Positions 57,601-64,000 of a DNA stretch of 64,000 nt are shown in pieces. A model generated the notes under the pieces. The model saw nothing but the letters and a program-made list of their open reading frames with translations. It ran no database searches and was not told where the DNA came from. The position numbers were made by a program, and so were the translations under genes. The stretch covers positions 34,844,001 to 34,908,000 of the forward strand of contig OZ024750.1 in assembly GCA_964016885.1 (NCBI GenBank), in the 5' to 3' direction. Each line of letters opens with the position of its first letter. Position 1 is the first letter of the stretch. Source of the DNA: Eledone cirrhosa. Lineage: Eukaryota.

Positions 57601-60600
57601 CATCTTGACTTGAACAACCACCACATCTTGACTTGAACAACTACCACATCTTGACTTGACAACCACCACGCATCTTGACTTGAACAACTACCACATCTTG
57701 ACTTGACAACTACCACATCTTGACTTGAACAACTACCACATCTTGACTTGACAACCACCACACATCTTGACTTGAACAACTACCACATCTTGACATGACA
57801 ACTACCACATCTTGACTTGACAACCACCACACATCTTGACTTGAACAACTACCACATCTTGACTTGACAACTACCACATCTTGACTTGAACAACTACCAC
57901 ATCTTGACTTGACAACCACCACACATCTTGACTTGAACAACTACCACATCTTGACTTGAACAACTACCACATCTTGACTTGAACAACTACCACATCTTGA
58001 CTTGACAACTACAACATCTTGACTTGAACAACCACCACATCTTGACTTGAACAACTGCCACACATCTTGACTTGAACAACTACCACATCTTGACTTGAAC
58101 AACCACAACACATCTTGACTTGAACAATTACCACATTTTGACTTGAACAACTACAACTTCTTGACTTGAACAACCACCACATCTTGACTTGACAACTACC
58201 ACATCTTGACTTGAACAACCACCACATTTTGACTTGAACAACTACCACATCTTGACTTGACAACTACCACATCTTGACTTGAACAACTGCCACATCTTGA
58301 CTTGACAACTACCACATCTTGACTTGAACAACTACCACATGTTGACTTGAACATCTGCCACATCTTGACTTGACTACTACCACATCTTGACTTGAACAAC
58401 TACCACATCTTGACTTGAAAAACAACGACATCTTGACTTGAACAACCATCACATCTTGATTTGAACAACTACCACATCTTGACTTGACAACTATCACATC
58501 TTGACTTGAACAACTACCACATCTTGACTTGACAACTACCACATCTTGACTTGAACAACTACCACATCTTGACTTGACAACTACCACATCTTGACTTGAA
58601 CAACCACCACATCTTGACTTGAACAACCACAACACATCTTGACTTGAACAATTACCACATCTTGACTTGAACAACTACAACTTCTTGACTTGAACAACCA
58701 CCACATCTTGACTTGACAACTACCACATCTTGACTTGAACAACCACCACATCTTGACTTCAACAACTACCACATCTTGACTTGACAACTACCACATCTTG
58801 ACTTGAACAACTGCCACATCTTGACTTGACAACTACCACATCTTGACTTGACAACTACCACATCTTGACATGACAACCACCACACATCTTGACTTGAACA
58901 ACTACCACATCTTGACTTGACAACTACCACATCTTGACTTGAACAACTACCACATCTTGACTTGACAACCACCACGCATCTTGACTTGAACAACTACCAC
59001 ATCTTGACTTGACAACTACCACATCTTGACTTGACAACTACCACATCTTGACTTGACAACCACCACACATCTTGACTTGAACAACTACCACATCTTGACT
59101 TGACAACTACCACATCTTGACTTGAACAACTACCACATCTTGACTTGACAACCATCACACATCTTGACTTGAACAACTACCACATCTTGACTTGACAACT
59201 ACCACATCTTGACTTGAACAACCACCACATCTTGACTTGAACAACTACCACATCTTGACTTGACAACTACCACATCTTGACTTGAACAACTACCACATCT
59301 TGACTTGACAACTACCACATCTTGACTTGAACAACCACCACATCTTGACTTGAACAACTGCCACACATCTTGACTTGAACAATTACCACATCTTGACTTG
59401 AACAACTACAACTTCTTGACTTGAACAACCAACACATCTTGACTTGACAACTACCACATCTTGACTTGAACAACCACCACATCTTGACTTGAACAACTAC
59501 CACATCTTGACTTGACAACTACCACATCTTGACTTGAACAACTGCCACATCTTGACTTGACAACTACCACATCTTGACTTGAACAACTGCCACATCTTGA
59601 CTTGACAACTATCACATCTTGACTTGACAACTACCATATCTTGACTTGACAACAACAACACATCTTGACTTGAACAACTACCACATCTTGACTTGACAAC
59701 TACCACATCTTGACTTGAACAACTACCACATCTTGACTTGACAACCACCACACATCTTGACTTGAACAACTACCACATCTTGACTTGACAACTAGCACAT
59801 CTTGACTTGAACAACCACCACATCTTGACTTGAAAACTACCACATCTTGACTTGACAACCACTACACATCTTGACTTGAACAACTGCCACATCTTGACTT
59901 GAACAACCACAACACATCTTGACTTGAACAATTACCACATCTTGACTTGAACAACTACAATTTCTTGACTTGAACAACCACCACATATTGACTTGACAAC
60001 TACCACATCTTGACTTGAACAACCACCACATCTTGACTTGAACAACTACCACATCTTGACTTGACAACTACCACATCTTGACTTGAACAACTGCCACATC
60101 TTGACTTGACAACTACCACATCTTAACTTGAACAACCACCACATCTCGACTTGAACAACTACCACATATTGACTTGACAACTATCACATCTTGACTTGAA
60201 CAACTACCACATCTTGACTTGACAACTATCACATCTTGACTTGAACAACTACCACATCTTGACTTGAACAACTGCCTTATCTTGACTTGAAAACTACCAC
60301 ATCTTGACTTGACAACCACCACACATCTTGACTTGAACAACTACCACATCTTGACATGACAACTACCATATCTTGACTTGACAACCACCACACATCTTGA
60401 CTTGAACAACTACCACATCTTGACTTGACAACTACCACATCTTGACTTGAACAACTACCACATCTTGACTGGACAACCACCACACATCTTGACTTGAACA
60501 ACTACCACATCTTGACTTGACAACTACCACATCTTGACTTGAACAACCACCACATCTTGACTTGAACAACTACCACATCTTGACTTGACAACTACCACAT

Positions 60601-63600
60601 CTTGACTTGAACAACTACCACATCTTGACTTGACAACTACCACATCTTGACTTGAACAACCACCACATCTTGACTTGAACAACCACAACACATCTTGACT
60701 TGAACAATTACCACATCTTGACTTGAACAACTACAACTTCTTGACTTGAACAACCACCACATCTTGACTTGACAACTACCACATCTTGACTTGAACGACC
60801 ACCACATCTTGACTTGAACAACTACCACATCTTGACTTGAACAACTGCCACATCTTGACTTGACAACTACCACATCTTGACTTGATAACTACCACATCTT
60901 GACTTGACAACCACCACACATCTTGACTTGAACAACTACCACATCTTGACTTGACAACTACCACATCTTGACTTGAACAACTACCACATCTTGACTTGAC
61001 AACCACCACACATCTTGACTTGAACAACTACCACATCTTGACTTGACAACTACCACATCTTGACTTGAACAACCACCACATCTTGACTTGAAAACTACCA
61101 CATCTTGACTTGAACAACTACCACATCTTGACTTGACAACCACCACACATCTTGACTTGAACAACTACCACATCTTGACATGACAACTACCACATCTTGA
61201 CTTGACAACCACCACACATCTTGACTTGAACAACTACCACATCTTGACTTGACAACTACCACATCTTGACTTGAACAACTACCACATCTTGACTTGACAA
61301 CCACCACACATCTTGACTTGAACAACTACCACATCTTGACTTGAACAACTATCACATCTTGACTTGACAACTACCACATCTTGACTTGAACAACTACAAC
61401 ATCTTGACTTGAACAACCACCACATCTTGACTTGACAACTACCACATCTTGACTTGAACAACCACCACATCTTGACTTCAACAACTACCACATCTTGACT
61501 TGACAACTACCACATCTTGACTTGAACAACTGCCACATCTTGACTTGACAACTACCACATCTTGACTTGACAACTACCACATCTTGACTTGACAACCACC
61601 ACACATCTTGACTTGAACAACTACCACATCTTGACTTGACAACTACCACATCTTGACTTGAACAACTACCACATCTTGACTTGACAACCACCACGCATCT
61701 TGACTTGAACAACTACCACATCTTGACTTGACAACTACCACATCTTGACTTGACAACTACCACATCTTGACTTGACAACCACCACACATCTTGACTTGAA
61801 CAACTACCACATCTTGACTTGACAACTACCACATCTTGACTTGAACAACTACCACATCTTGACTTGACAACCATCACACATCTTGACTTGAACAACTACC
61901 ACATCTTGACTTGACAACTACCACATCTTGACTTGAACAACCACCACATCTTGACTTGAACAACTACCACATCTTGACTTGACAACTACCACATCTTGAC
62001 TTGAACAACTACCACATCTTGACTTGACAACTACCACATCTTGACTTGAACAACCACCACATCTTGACTTGAACAACTGCCACACATCTTGACTTGAACA
62101 ATTACCACATCTTGACTTGAACAACTACAACTTCTTGACTTGAACAACCAACACATCTTGACTTGACAACTACCACATCTTGACTTGAACAACCACCACA
62201 TCTTGACTTGAACAACTACCACATCTTGACTTGACAACTACCACATCTTGACTTGAACAACTGCCACATCTTGACTTGACAACTACCACATCTTGACTTG
62301 AACAACTGCCACATCTTGACTTGACAACTATCACATCTTGACTTGACAACTACCACATCTTGACTTGACAACCACCACACATCTTGACTTGAACAACTAC
62401 CACATCTTGACTTGACAACTACCACATCTTGACTTGAACAACTACCACATCTTGACTTGACAACCACCACACATCTTGACTTGAACAACTACCACATCTT
62501 GACTTGACAACTAGCACATCTTGACTTGAACAACCACCACATCTTGACTTGAAAACTACCACATCTTGACTTGACAACCACTACACATCTTGACTTGAAC
62601 AACTGCCACATCTTGACTTGAACAACCACAACACATCTTGACTTGAACAATTACCACATCTTGACTTGAACAACTACAATTTCTTGACTTGAACAACCAC
62701 CACATATTGACTTGACAACTACCACATCTTGACTTGAACAACCACCACATCTTGACTTGAACAACTACCACATCTTGACTTGACAACTACCACATCTTGA
62801 CTTGAACAACTGCCACATCTTGACTTGACAACTACCACATCTTAACTTGAACAACCACCACATCTCGACTTGAACAACTACCACATATTGACTTGACAAC
62901 TATCACATCTTGACTTGAACAACTACCACATCTTGACTTGACAACTATCACATCTTGACTTGAACAACTACCACATCTTGACTTGAACAACTGCCTTATC
63001 TTGACTTGAAAACTACCACATCTTGACTTGACAACCACCACACATCTTGACTTGAACAACTACCACATCTTGACAATGACAACTACCATATCTTGACTTG
63101 ACAACCACCACACATCTTGACTTGAACAACTACCACATCTTGACTTGACAACTACCACATCTTGACTTGAACAACTACCACATCTTGACTGGACAACCAC
63201 CACACATCTTGACTTGAACAACTACCACATCTTGACTTGACAACTACCACATCTTGACTTGAACAACCACCACATCTTGACTTGAACAACTACCACATAT
63301 TGACTTGACAACTACCACATCTTGACTTGAACAACTACCACATCTTGACTTGACAACTACCACATCTTGACTTGAACAACCACCACATCTTGACTTGAAC
63401 AACCACAACACATCTTGACTTGAACAATTACCACATCTTGACTTGAACAACTACAACTTCTTGACTTGAACAACCACCACATCTTGACTTGACAACTACC
63501 ACATCTTGACTTGAACAACCACCACATCTTGACTTGAACAACTACCACATCTTGACTTGAACAACTGCCACATCTTGACTTGACAACTACCACATCTTGA

Positions 63601-64000
63601 CTTGACAACTACCACATCTTGACTTGACAACCACCACACATCTTGACTTGAACAACTACCACATCTTGACTTGACAACTACCACATCTTGACTTGAACAA
63701 CTACCACATCTTGACTTGACAACCACCACACATCTTGACTTGAACAACTACCACATCTTGACTTGACAACTACCACATCTTGACTTGAACAACCACCACA
63801 TCTTGACTTGAAAACTACCACATCTTGACTTGAACAACTACCACATCTTGACTTGACAACCACCACACATCTTGACTTGAACAACTACCACATCTTGACA
63901 TGACAACTACCACATCTTGACTTGACAACCACCACACATCTTGACTTGAACAACTACCACATCTTGACTTGACAACTACCACATCTTGACTTGAACAACT
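12686..64000. repeat. Large satellite array with a 22/23/24-bp monomer (A)CAAC(T/C)ACCACATCTTGACTTGA, >51 kb and running to the window end
   Basis: Uninterrupted head-to-tail monomers, roughly 2,200-2,300 by length. Forms include 22 bp (ttgacaac), 23 bp (ttgaacaac) and +CA variants (ccacacatc). Single orientation throughout, and I saw no insertions. Confidence 0.99.

Noticed and set aside
12621-63884. Hundreds of minus-strand ORFs encoding KSRCGSCSSQDVVVV / QVKMWWLF repeats that look Cys-rich or metallothionein-like
   Set aside because: They are translations of the satellite. The 22/23/24-bp units shift frame constantly, most starts are TTG or GTG, and there is no frame preservation.
12686-64000. 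CRISPR array or telomeric repeat
   Set aside because: There are no unique spacers and no cas genes, and the context is eukaryotic. The monomer is not a TTAGGG-type repeat, and kb-scale higher-order duplication indicates recombinational rather than telomerase origin.

Overview
Eukaryotic, AT-rich, repeat-dominated DNA with no host gene that I can support. The SINE and MITE families resemble those I associate with octopus/cephalopod genomes, which is an inference. Bases 1-12.7 kb are a nest of mobile elements. A TTAA-flanked MITE (335-7331) has an interior amplified into a 72-bp minisatellite. Into that array a near-intact 5.6-kb Tx1/L1-type non-LTR retrotransposon inserted (899-6528, minus strand), with a zinc-knuckle ORF1 split by one frameshift in an A8 run and an intact APE-RT-CCHC ORF2. 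Next come a TA-flanked MITE, a non-autonomous Helitron, four tRNA-derived SINE copies, three palindromic elements in (TA)n, a 1-kb TGT...ACA element with ~240-bp TIRs and a 48-bp minisatellite. From ~12,686 to the window end (>51 kb) is one 22/23/24-bp satellite with nested higher-order duplications of about 1.3, 2.5, 2.7, 3.5, 4.6, 11.1 and 16.7 kb; all ORFs there are artefacts. The most striking observation is in the retrotransposon. ORF2 is bracketed by a long imperfect inverted repeat (1064-1155 vs 4558-4628) that could pair the ORF1/ORF2 junction with the ORF2 stop and 3'UTR. It is also bracketed by splice-site-like sequences overlapping both stop codons, so all of ORF2 could be removed as an intron while leaving ORF1 unchanged.
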